In this document: positions 27,502 to 36,605 of the stretch, one piece after another | Layout: each line of letters starts with the position of its first letter | How positions within the stretch are numbered: the stretch's first letter is position 1 | Origin: a bacterium | Lineage (GTDB): Bacteria > Bacteroidota > Ignavibacteria > UBA10030 | NCBI GenBank assembly: GCA_043803945.1 | Contig: JAZDJN010000016.1 | Coordinates: forward strand, 192,001-256,000 | DNA: 64,000 nucleotides | Direction: 5' to 3' | The notes under the pieces: generated by a model | Databases searched by the model: none | The model's input: only the letters and a program-made list of their open reading frames with translations | Told to the model about the DNA's origin: nothing | Program-made: the position numbers and the translations under genes

Positions 27502-30012
27502 ATGAAAGCAGTGATCATGGCGGGAGGTTTTGGGACTCGTTTGCGCCCATTAACCTGTAACGTCCCAAAACCGATGGTTCCAATGCTGAATCGGCCGATG
27601 ATGGAACATATCATCAGGCTTGTCAGAGAGAATGGTATCTCTGATATGCTTTCAACACTTTACCATCAACCTGAAGCTATTACGAGCTACTTTGGGAATG
27701 GAAAAGCCTTCCAGATTAATATGCAGTATATGAAGGCCGAAGCCGACTATGGCACTGCAGGCAGTGTTCGAAATGCAAAAGATTTTTTGGATCAACGGTT
27801 TATTGTTATCAGCGGCGATGTCTTTACGGATTTCGATCTCTCAGCAGCAATCCGATATCATGAAGAGAAAAAAGCCAAGGCAACCATCGTCCTGACACAC
27901 GCGGCAAACCCCCTCCAATTCGGTGTCGTGCTCACTGCAGACGATGGGAAGATCACAAGATTTTTAGAAAAACCTTCCTGGGGCGAAGTTTTTAGTGATA
28001 CTATTAACACCGGTATTTATATCCTTGAACCTGAGGTTTTGGATCTCATCCCCTACCGTGAGGAATTCGATTTCAGTAAAAACCTCTTCCCTATAATGCT
28101 CGAACAGAACCTCGGATTGTATGGCTACATCGCTGAAGGATACTGGCGGGACATTGGAAATTTAAACGAATATCAAGACGCTCATCTTGATGCATTGCGA
28201 GGATCAGTCCGCGTGCCGCTGACCGGAAAACGCTATGGTGATGCCTATATCGATGAGGGGAGTACGGTTGAGACTGATGTGAAAAATCTTTCCGGTACGG
28301 TTGTCATCGGGAAGAACACCCGCATTCACCCCGATGTCATAATATCGAATTCCGTTATCGGCGATAATTGTGAAATAAAAACTGGAAGTATTATCCGCAA
28401 TTCTGTGATCTGGAGCGGAACCCGAGTATTTCAGAAGGCGGAAATCTCGACCGACGTTATCGGATCGCTCTGTACGATTGGTGAAGAGGCAATCATCGCT
28501 GAGAATGTCTTTATCGGCGACCAGTGCATTGTCGGTCGCAAGAGCAGGTTGATGGCCAACATCAAATTGTGGCCGGAAAAGAATGTTGAAGATGGCGCAA
28601 TTGTCACACGCAGTCTGGTGTGGGAAGATCGTTGGCTTAAGGAGTTATTCACCGAGGCCCGCGTGAGCGGATTATCCAACATCGAGATGAATCCTGAATT
28701 TGGCGCCAAACTGGGGGCGGCCTTTGGTGCATTTGTAGGAGCTGGATCTACGATCGTCACGAGTCGTGACTCAGACAATGTCTCCAGAATGGTAAATCGT
28801 GCTTTCATGTGCGGTCTTATGTCCGCAGGCATCAATTGTGTTGATTTGCGCGCGAGCTCTATACCGATTGTCCGCCATGAATTAAAAGGCGGCAAAGAGC
28901 GTGGTGGAATTCACGTCAGGAAATCGCCCTATGATCGGAATATTACCGATATCATCTTCTTAGATGCTGATGGTAAGGACCTGCCATCGAATAAGGCAAA
29001 ATCTGTTGAACGGCTTTTCTTTGGCGAAGACTTCATCCGAGCCAACCACGATGCCGTGGGATCCATCAGATTCTCAGAGCGATCAACAGAGAGTTACCTT
29101 GAACGCGCCTACGCAACCTTGAACATTCAGGCTATTCGATCAGCCTCGCTAAAACTTGTGATCGATTACTCCAATGGCATCGCTTCAACCATTTTCCCCA
29201 ATATCCTTGGGGATATGAACGTCCAGGTGATTGCTCTGAATGCCTATCTCGACAGACAGAAGCTCACCCGGACAAATGATGAGATTCAACATTCATTAAA
29301 AGGACTTGGTCACGTTGTGACTTCCCTTAAATACGATATGGGTTGCATGCTGGACCCAGGAGCGGAGAAGTTATTTGTGGTCGATGAGGAAGGCAAGTGG
29401 ATAGACAACGACAGAATGTTGACACTCATGACCAAGCTTGTCGTGCTCGCACACCCCGATACGAAACAAATTGCTGTACCAATTTCTGCAACCGGCGAAA
29501 TCGATCTTCTCGCCACAGCGATGGGTTTTTCGGTCGTGAGAACCAAGGATAGCCATCTTTCTCTCATGCAAGCAGCGTCGGATAAAAATACAAAGTTTGT
29601 CGGAGGCACCAGGGGTGGATTTATTTTTAACGATTTCCTTTTTGCTTCGGATGCGATGTACTCCGTCGGGAAACTTCTCGAGTGCATGGCACTCACAAAA
29701 CGCCATCTCGCCGACCTCGATAAGGAGACTCCAAAGCTGCATCTGGCAAAGCGCGATCTCGATTGTGCGTGGAATAACAAGGGTCGCGTGATGCGCTATA
29801 TCATGAAGGATACCGAACATCTGAAACGTGAACTAATCGATGGTGTAAAAATATTTCCCAAAGAAAATAACCGTAAGACATCTGTACTTTTATATCCTGA
29901 TCGGACACGCCCTGTCTTCCATGTCTTTGCCGAATCTGAAGACCTGACAACGGCCCAACAATTGGCAATTGAATATGATGCAAAAATCAGCCATTGGATT
30001 AACAGTGACTAA
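27502..30012 (+). CDS. Mannose-1-phosphate guanylyltransferase fused to a phosphohexomutase-like domain
   Basis: MKAVIMAGGFGTRLRPLT..PKPM, GTAGSV, FLEKP, hexapeptide left-handed beta-helix region, then PGM/PMM-like domains. Confidence 0.88.
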   Translation: MKAVIMAGGFGTRLRPLTCNVPKPMVPMLNRPMMEHIIRLVRENGISDMLSTLYHQPEAITSYFGNGKAFQINMQYMKAEADYGTAGSVRNAKDFLDQRFIVISGDVFTDFDLSAAIRYHEEKKAKATIVLTHAANPLQFGVVLTADDGKITRFLEKPSWGEVFSDTINTGIYILEPEVLDLIPYREEFDFSKNLFPIMLEQNLGLYGYIAEGYWRDIGNLNEYQDAHLDALRGSVRVPLTGKRYGDAYIDEGSTVETDVKNLSGTVVIGKNTRIHPDVIISNSVIGDNCEIKTGSIIRNSVIWSGTRVFQKAEISTDVIGSLCTIGEEAIIAENVFIGDQCIVGRKSRLMANIKLWPEKNVEDGAIVTRSLVWEDRWLKELFTEARVSGLSNIEMNPEFGAKLGAAFGAFVGAGSTIVTSRDSDNVSRMVNRAFMCGLMSAGINCVDLRASSIPIVRHELKGGKERGGIHVRKSPYDRNITDIIFLDADGKDLPSNKAKSVERLFFGEDFIRANHDAVGSIRFSERSTESYLERAYATLNIQAIRSASLKLVIDYSNGIASTIFPNILGDMNVQVIALNAYLDRQKLTRTNDEIQHSLKGLGHVVTSLKYDMGCMLDPGAEKLFVVDEEGKWIDNDRMLTLMTKLVVLAHPDTKQIAVPISATGEIDLLATAMGFSVVRTKDSHLSLMQAASDKNTKFVGGTRGGFIFNDFLFASDAMYSVGKLLECMALTKRHLADLDKETPKLHLAKRDLDCAWNNKGRVMRYIMKDTEHLKRELIDGVKIFPKENNRKTSVLLYPDRTRPVFHVFAESEDLTTAQQLAIEYDAKISHWINSD

Positions 30013-30048
30013 CAATTCACGTTGCCATGGACTGTTTGGAGTCTCTGC

Positions 30049-30519
30049 ATGAAAATTAGCGATATCCTCAATGAACAGGTGATTAGAATTAATCTTCCCG
30101 GATCAACGAAAACCGAGGTCATTAACGCGATGATCGATCTCGCTGCGCAGCAGGAGAAGGTTCTCGACAAAGAGAAACTTCGCACTGCAATTTTTGAGCG
30201 TGAGAAAATCATGTCCACCGGAGTTGGGAGCGGTTTTGCCATCCCCCATGGAAAAACGGATGCCGTAAGCGATATCACAGCATCGCTCGGGATTACTGAA
30301 CAACCGATCGACTACCAGGCACTCGATGACCAGCCGGTGCGGATCCTATTTCTCCTGGTGGGCCGGGACAATATGGTCGGTCCACATATCAAACTGCTAA
30401 GCCGAATTTCACGATTGATGAACAAAGAAGAGTTCCGCAGCCGACTACTCGAAGCAACAAGCGTTACGGAGATCATGGAAATCTTCAAGCAAGAAGAGGA
30501 TGCTCAGTTTGAGTCTTAA
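30049..30519 (+). CDS. PTS IIA (fructose/nitrogen-regulatory type) domain protein
   Basis: EREKIMSTGVGSGFAIPHGK, HIKLLSRISR. Confidence 0.9.
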   Translation: MKISDILNEQVIRINLPGSTKTEVINAMIDLAAQQEKVLDKEKLRTAIFEREKIMSTGVGSGFAIPHGKTDAVSDITASLGITEQPIDYQALDDQPVRILFLLVGRDNMVGPHIKLLSRISRLMNKEEFRSRLLEATSVTEIMEIFKQEEDAQFES

Positions 30520-30593
30520 CTCTCATTCACACCTGATTCACCGTCTTCATTCTCGAATTCTTGCATCGATCAACACACACAAAGGCTTCCACC

Positions 30594-31850
30594 GTGAGGT
30601 ATAAATCTATAAGAGGGACAAAGGATATTCTCCCGGGTGAAATAGAGCTCTGGCAATTTATTGAACAGACCATCCGATCGGTCATGGCCGATTTTAATTA
30701 TCGGGAGATTCGGACTCCGATCTTTGAAGAGACCGGCCTCTTTGCACGCAGTATTGGTGAGTTGACCGACATTGTGAGTAAAGAGATGTACTCTTTCCTG
30801 GATCGGAGCCAGGATAGCCTAACACTCCGTCCGGAAGGCACTGCCGCTGTTCTACGGGCTTATCTCCAGAATAATCTTGGCGAACAGCTACCGTTGACTA
30901 AAGTGTATTACATCGGGCCTATGTTTCGCCAGGAACGCCCCCAGGCGGGCAGACTGCGTCAGTTCCATCAATTCGGTGCGGAAGGATTGGGTTCCTCTTC
31001 TCCGATGCTCGATGCGGAAATGATGATTATTCCACTGACTGTCTATCGGAAGCTGGGCTTGAAAAATTTTTCATTGAAGATTAATTCGGTTGGATGCGAG
31101 CAATGCCGTCCACCGTACAAAGAAATGCTCATTGCTGAACTCCAGAAAATTCAGCACAGACTTACACCAGAAAGTCAAGAGCGCATCCTCAATAATCCCC
31201 TCCGCGTACTCGATTCCAAAGATGAAGGCGATCAGGAATTCACGCGCACTGTACCGCTGATGTACGACCATCTCTGTCAGAATTGTCGCACACATTTTGA
31301 AGAACTCCAAACCCTATTTCACCAAGGCTCTATCCCATTCACTGTTGACGGCAGACTCGTCCGCGGACTTGATTACTATACCAAGACAGCCTTTGAGATT
31401 ACCAGCACGGACCTTGGATCGCAAGATGCACTCGCCGGCGGCGGACGTTATGATTTATTGATGGAGGAACTTGGCGGCAAACCAACACCCGGAGTCGGGT
31501 TCGCAGCAGGCATGGAACGACTCGTTATGGTTCTCCAGAAAGCATGCCTCACTACTGTTGGAGGAACAACACCCGATCTCTACATTGCAGCAGCTGACGA
31601 CAAAACACGGCAATGGGCATTTGTTAAAACTTGCGAACTTCGACCAAAGGGATTTTCAATTGAGATCGATTACCTCTCCCGAAGCCTCAAAGCGCAGATG
31701 CGCGAAGCCAATCGGCAGCAGGTACACTACGTTGTTGTCGTCGGTGAGACTGAGCTTCAAAGCGGCATGGCAAAATTAAAGAACATGTCAACCGGGGAAG
31801 AAATTCCGATTGCCTTAAACAGCATCGATACGGTTCTTTCCAAACGATGA
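30594..31850 (+). CDS. hisS: Histidine--tRNA ligase
   Basis: RGTKDILP, LRPEGTA, FRQERPQAGRLRQFHQ, LVRGLDYY, GGGRYD; GTG start at 30594. Confidence 0.97.
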   Translation: MRYKSIRGTKDILPGEIELWQFIEQTIRSVMADFNYREIRTPIFEETGLFARSIGELTDIVSKEMYSFLDRSQDSLTLRPEGTAAVLRAYLQNNLGEQLPLTKVYYIGPMFRQERPQAGRLRQFHQFGAEGLGSSSPMLDAEMMIIPLTVYRKLGLKNFSLKINSVGCEQCRPPYKEMLIAELQKIQHRLTPESQERILNNPLRVLDSKDEGDQEFTRTVPLMYDHLCQNCRTHFEELQTLFHQGSIPFTVDGRLVRGLDYYTKTAFEITSTDLGSQDALAGGGRYDLLMEELGGKPTPGVGFAAGMERLVMVLQKACLTTVGGTTPDLYIAAADDKTRQWAFVKTCELRPKGFSIEIDYLSRSLKAQMREANRQQVHYVVVVGETELQSGMAKLKNMSTGEEIPIALNSIDTVLSKR

Positions 31851-32281
31851 AAACCAAGAAAAAAATTCGGATTCGACCAGAGTATATACTTAATATTTTT
31901 CCTTACACCATCGAGTGGAAAAATAAGCAAACCACTCTTTTTGTTATGCAGACGTTGAGTGAGTTTACCAATTTCAATTACCAGATCCTCATCGATTCTC
32001 AATTGAAGGAGAGGCTGATCAGCATAAAAATTCTTGGCTTGCGGACCACAGCATTGCTGATGCCGGGCGTTGGAGCGGCGAGAGGATATTTCGATTTTCC
32101 GAATTTGAAAGGGAAGTACAGCGTGAAAATTGAAAAGCTGGATGGAGAAGTAAATGAATACACTCTCCATATTAAGCCAGACCGTATCACATTGAGCGAA
32201 CCTCCACCTTCAGCCTTTATTCATCTCTCATCAGCAGCATTAACACTGATCGATGCGGATCATTATCTTAAAGTAAGTTAA
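31847..32281 (+). CDS. Hypothetical protein (beta-rich)
   Basis: 144-aa ORF overlapping the hisS stop (ATGA) and filling the operon gap. Confidence 0.7.
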   Translation: MKTKKKIRIRPEYILNIFPYTIEWKNKQTTLFVMQTLSEFTNFNYQILIDSQLKERLISIKILGLRTTALLMPGVGAARGYFDFPNLKGKYSVKIEKLDGEVNEYTLHIKPDRITLSEPPPSAFIHLSSAALTLIDADHYLKVS

Positions 32282-32289
32282 AGAAGAAC

Positions 32290-33111
32290 ATGTATCCAAA
32301 ACTTTTTCAAATTGGACCATTCACCATTTACGGCTACGGACTGATGCTGGCAACAGGATTCATCGTTGGCAGTTACATCCTTGCAAAAGAATTGCATCGG
32401 CGCGGTTTCAAGGCAGAAATCGCAAACACCCTTACTCTTATTTGTCTCATCGCCGGAATTGTCGGCTCAAAAATGCTCTTTCTGTTAGAAAACTGGTCTG
32501 CCTTCATTGCATCTCCCTTATCAATGGCATTCAATCCTGCAGGCCTGACGTATTTTGGCGGATTTGTCCTCGCTACAGCAACCATTTATGTGTACAGTAA
32601 ACGACAGCAGTTAGGATTCCTTCTCCTTGGAGACGCAATAGCACCCAGCCTCATCCTTGCCTATGGAATCGGGAGGCTTGGCTGCCATCTGGCCGGAGAT
32701 GGTGATTATGGATTCCCAACAACGCTGCCATGGGGTACGGACTATTCCAGAGGAACAGTACCTCCTTCTTATGCATTTCGTTCGTTCCCGGAGATTGCCA
32801 ATCAATACCCCGGAGGAATCGTACCAAATTCAACGCCGCTTCATCCGACTCCGGTATACGAATTCCTCATTGCTCTCCTCATTTTCGTTCTTTTGTGGAG
32901 ATTAAGGAAATCCTTCCGCCCTGACGGAAAGCTTTTTATGCTTTATCTTGTTTTCGCCGGACTTGAACGCTTCGCTATTGAATTTATGCGACTGAATGAA
33001 CGGACAGCCCTTGGCTTCACCGAAGCGCAGTTGATTTCTTTCGGAATGACGATCATCGGCGTATTCGGCTGGATTCTCCTTTCACGGAAGAATACTACAC
33101 TGAGTGGATAA
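32290..33111 (+). CDS. lgt: Prolipoprotein diacylglyceryl transferase
   Basis: YGLM, GLTYFGG, GRLGC...GDYG, HPTPVYE, RF.IEF.R. Confidence 0.93.
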   Translation: MYPKLFQIGPFTIYGYGLMLATGFIVGSYILAKELHRRGFKAEIANTLTLICLIAGIVGSKMLFLLENWSAFIASPLSMAFNPAGLTYFGGFVLATATIYVYSKRQQLGFLLLGDAIAPSLILAYGIGRLGCHLAGDGDYGFPTTLPWGTDYSRGTVPPSYAFRSFPEIANQYPGGIVPNSTPLHPTPVYEFLIALLIFVLLWRLRKSFRPDGKLFMLYLVFAGLERFAIEFMRLNERTALGFTEAQLISFGMTIIGVFGWILLSRKNTTLSG

Positions 33112-33578
33112 TGCATCGACTTGAGCTTTATGTTATTGAGGACAATCCAGAAAATAGTGAGGTAAGGAACCTGCTTCATTCACTTATCACTAATTTCTTT
33201 TTTGAGTATCGCGAGATCACCCTGACCAGCGACCACCCCCTCTTTGAGCGCTTCAGAGGAAAAACTCCATTGATCATTGTCGATGGAAAACATCAACTCA
33301 GTAGCCCTATTACGCGTGAAGTCATTATTCAGCACCTCCTTTCCCCTGAGCCGATTCAGAAGCGATATCTCTTTGGAAGAATATTCGAGGTGATCGGATT
33401 CTGTATCATCGTCATTAGCTTCATCTTCGGATTGCGCGGTGACATCCAAACCGATCTCACATTCTTTCTGGGCGGCATGGTCATCTTTGCCATCGGATGG
33501 CTGCTGGAGAAATCGAGCGTGAAGAATAAACCGGTGCCCATTCTGCCTTCTTCTGAAGACCAAAAACGAAATGAATAA
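33111..33578 (+). CDS. Glutaredoxin-like (DUF836-type) domain plus two C-terminal TM helices
   Basis: LELY..., EI.L..D..LFERF...TP.I.VDG pattern; no CxxC; hydrophobic C-terminus. Confidence 0.55.
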   Translation: MHRLELYVIEDNPENSEVRNLLHSLITNFFFEYREITLTSDHPLFERFRGKTPLIIVDGKHQLSSPITREVIIQHLLSPEPIQKRYLFGRIFEVIGFCIIVISFIFGLRGDIQTDLTFFLGGMVIFAIGWLLEKSSVKNKPVPILPSSEDQKRNE

Positions 33579-34308
33579 TTACATCGTTGGAAGAAAACCG
33601 GTTCTCGAAGCTTTAAAACATGGTGTACCAATCCAAAAGATTTTTCTCGCCCATGGTGGTCACGGAGAAATACTTCAGCAGCTACGATACCTGGCAAAAC
33701 AGCGTGGTGTTCCGGTTTCCGAAGTGAATAAAGAAAAGCTGCATGAACTCTCCCCCGAGACACTCCACCAGGGGGTTATCGCGATCACATCGACAACGCG
33801 GGAGTATGAAATCGAAAACCTCCTGGAGATTCCCGTATTGAAAAAAGAAGCTCCGTACTTTGTCATCCTCGATGGCATTGAAGATCCTCATAACATCGGA
33901 GCAATCATCCGCACTGCGGAATGCGCAGGAGTTCATGGTATTATCCTCCAAAAACACCACTCACCTCCATTAAATGAGACGGTCATTAAAGCATCTGCCG
34001 GTGCGGCATTGCATCTGCCCATCGCTCGCGTAACCAACATCGCACAGACCATAGATCTTCTAAAGCAACATGGCTGCTGGATCGTTGGTACAGCCGTGGA
34101 TGCTGAAAAAAAATATTTTGAATTGGATTTTACGATGCCTCTTGCCATCGTCATCGGCAGTGAAGGAAGAGGAATGCGAAGGCTGGTTAAAGAACAGTGT
34201 GATTTCCTTATCAGAATACCATTACGAGGCTCTTTGGACTCTCTCAATGCCTCGGTAGCGAGCGCATTAGTCCTGTTTGAGGTCTCCCGCTACAGAAAAA
34301 CCCTGTAG
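33571..34308 (+). CDS. rlmB: 23S rRNA (G2251-2'-O)-methyltransferase, SpoU/TrmH family
   Basis: HQGVIA, LDGIEDPHNIGAIIRTA, GSEGRG, SLNASVA. Confidence 0.93.
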   Translation: MNNYIVGRKPVLEALKHGVPIQKIFLAHGGHGEILQQLRYLAKQRGVPVSEVNKEKLHELSPETLHQGVIAITSTTREYEIENLLEIPVLKKEAPYFVILDGIEDPHNIGAIIRTAECAGVHGIILQKHHSPPLNETVIKASAGAALHLPIARVTNIAQTIDLLKQHGCWIVGTAVDAEKKYFELDFTMPLAIVIGSEGRGMRRLVKEQCDFLIRIPLRGSLDSLNASVASALVLFEVSRYRKTL

Positions 34309-34390
34309 TGACTCCAGAGTATCCGCCTGGACCGATAAAGAGATTTGAGTACGCATAGTTGAGGTCAGAGGGTGAGCAAGCGTGCCGCTT

Positions 34391-35764
34391 CTATGCCCCT
34401 TCGATTTCGTCTTCCTCCCTCATCAATCCATAGCGTTTCATCTTCGTGTAGAGGTGGCTCCGTTGAATATCGAGAATTTCCGCGGTCTTTGAAATATTCC
34501 AGCGGTTTTTTTCCAATTGACGCTTGATGAATGCGGCCTCTGCCTTCTCCTTGAAATCCTGGAAGGAACCACTCAGTTCGAGAAGCGAATCAAACTCATT
34601 CTTACCAGAGCCGGTCGTGCCTTCGAAGAGAGAGATATCGATAGCTGTTCCTGCAGAGAGAATCACAAGTCGTTCAACAACATTTTTTAATTCACGGACA
34701 TTTCCAGGCCATGGATAAGCGGCCAGTTGCTCCAGCGCTGCGGCTGAAATGGTTTTCACCGCCATACCGTTCCTTGAACAGACCTCTTCGATAAACGACT
34801 TCACGAGAAGCGGAATATCGCTTTTCCGATCGGACAATGGTGCTACATGAACGGGAATAACTTTTAATCGATGATAGAGGTCATCGCGGAACTGCCCCTT
34901 CTTGATCAAGTCTTCGAGGTCCTTGTTGGTGGCGGCGAGAACGCGAACATCAACCGCAATCAATTTATTTCCCCCGACTCGTTCGATCGTCCTCTCTTCC
35001 AGTGCACGAAGGACTTTTGCCTGTGCCTGAAGACTCATATCGGCGATTTCATCAAGAAAGAGTGTCCCGCCATCGGCTTGTTCAAATTTTCCAAGACGCT
35101 GCGTTGTAGCACCAGTAAAGGATCCCTTTTCATGTCCGAACAATTCCGATTCGATCAATTCCGAAGGGATTGCAGCGCAGTTCACTTCAATAAAAGGTTT
35201 CTTTGCCCGCTTGCTCTTTCGATGAATCGCTCTGGCAACAAGCTCCTTGCCAGTACCATTGGCACCGGTGATGAGGACGCGTGCATCAGTAGGGGCTACC
35301 CGATCTATTATTGCCAGAACCTCACGGATCTTCGGACTCTCGCCGAGTAGTTGCCATTTTCCCTCAAAGGATTCTTGTAGCTTTCGGTAGTCTTCCGAAA
35401 GCTTTGCCTGGTGAAGCGCATTCCGGACTGTTACCAGGAGCTTATCCCGGTCAAGCGGCTTCGGGAGAAAATCGAAAGCACCCAGCTTGGTGGCTTCGAC
35501 AGCGGTTTCAATAGTTCCATGGCCTGAGATCATAATCACCGGAACATCACTATTCTTCTCTCGTGACCGTTGGAGTACTTCCAGGCCATCCATACCAGCC
35601 ATTTTGACGTCGAGGAGTAATAAATCAATAGATTCTGTCTGCAATAATCGAAGCGCTTGTTCACCATTTTCAGCTATGAGGGTTTCATACCGTGCGTAGT
35701 CGAGAATCATTTTCACGGAATCGCGAATACTCTTTTCATCATCGACAATGAGGACGGTCTTCAT
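34391..35764 (-). CDS. Sigma54-dependent response regulator (NtrX/NtrC-like; REC-AAA+-HTH)
   Basis: LIVDDE, ISGHG, G.NGTGKE, ESELFGHEKGSFTGA, WPGNVREL, Fis HTH. Confidence 0.92.
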   Translation of the reverse strand: MKTVLIVDDEKSIRDSVKMILDYARYETLIAENGEQALRLLQTESIDLLLLDVKMAGMDGLEVLQRSREKNSDVPVIMISGHGTIETAVEATKLGAFDFLPKPLDRDKLLVTVRNALHQAKLSEDYRKLQESFEGKWQLLGESPKIREVLAIIDRVAPTDARVLITGANGTGKELVARAIHRKSKRAKKPFIEVNCAAIPSELIESELFGHEKGSFTGATTQRLGKFEQADGGTLFLDEIADMSLQAQAKVLRALEERTIERVGGNKLIAVDVRVLAATNKDLEDLIKKGQFRDDLYHRLKVIPVHVAPLSDRKSDIPLLVKSFIEEVCSRNGMAVKTISAAALEQLAAYPWPGNVRELKNVVERLVILSAGTAIDISLFEGTTGSGKNEFDSLLELSGSFQDFKEKAEAAFIKRQLEKNRWNISKTAEILDIQRSHLYTKMKRYGLMREEDEIEGA

Positions 35765-35776
35765 GATTAGCCCCTG

Positions 35777-36523
35777 CTATGGGATTCTTGTGGAGACATG
35801 GATATATTCCGAAGGAAGGAGATTCTTAATCACACTCAAATCGTGACCGAACTGTTCGCCCTGCTTATTTGCTCTACGGTCGCGGATATCATTCACTCCG
35901 CCGACAATGAATTGAGTTTCTCCCCATTCAATAAAATTTCCTGAAGCTCTGGCGAGTTCGGGTGAGTCTGTGGTATACGCAAGATAAGCGGAACCAAAGA
36001 AATGCTGTAATTTATCCTTATCACTCTGGCTGGTTTCAGGTGAATCCGGATAGAGCTTTGCAGGCAAGTGGTTGATCCGAGCGGAATAGAGTGAATCAGT
36101 TTCGTACGTTAATGGGACACCGACCTTGCCAAGCACGGGTATACGAATCTCCAGATTTTGATGATCGAGAACTCCCATCATCGAAAGAAAGAGTGCTCGA
36201 ACAATATTGTAGTCCGCAATAGCCAACGCTTTCTGATAGATGGCATCAACTGCCCGCAGATCTCCATCCCGTCTCATAAGTATGGCAAATTTTTCATGAC
36301 GGATATAACGACGAATCTGTTGAACGTCCTGGATAAGTTGCGGCGTAAAAAAGCGCCCAACAATCGTACCGAGAGAGAAACCCGAGTCATCAGCATCATT
36401 ATAATTCCATGTCAAATAGTCTCCCGTAGCCGTCATGCCTTGCTGGGTATGGGCAATCCCCAATCCAGCCAAGAGGATGAGGAGCAGAAGACTCAATCGG
36501 ACGATGTGCAATTGCAGTACCAC
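35777..36523 (-). CDS. Exported hypothetical protein with DKxxHF motif (DUF2279/YfiM-like)
   Basis: Signal peptide; DKDKLQHFFGSAYL and DRRANKQG motifs. Confidence 0.55.
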   Translation of the reverse strand: MVLQLHIVRLSLLLLILLAGLGIAHTQQGMTATGDYLTWNYNDADDSGFSLGTIVGRFFTPQLIQDVQQIRRYIRHEKFAILMRRDGDLRAVDAIYQKALAIADYNIVRALFLSMMGVLDHQNLEIRIPVLGKVGVPLTYETDSLYSARINHLPAKLYPDSPETSQSDKDKLQHFFGSAYLAYTTDSPELARASGNFIEWGETQFIVGGVNDIRDRRANKQGEQFGHDLSVIKNLLPSEYIHVSTRIP

Positions 36524-36605
36524 TGAGTGTTAGGGGTTAGAAGCTGTTCATTGTTTACTACCTCTATTCCACGAGAAACTCTACGAGAAGTTTCAGAAGG
36601 ATCCA

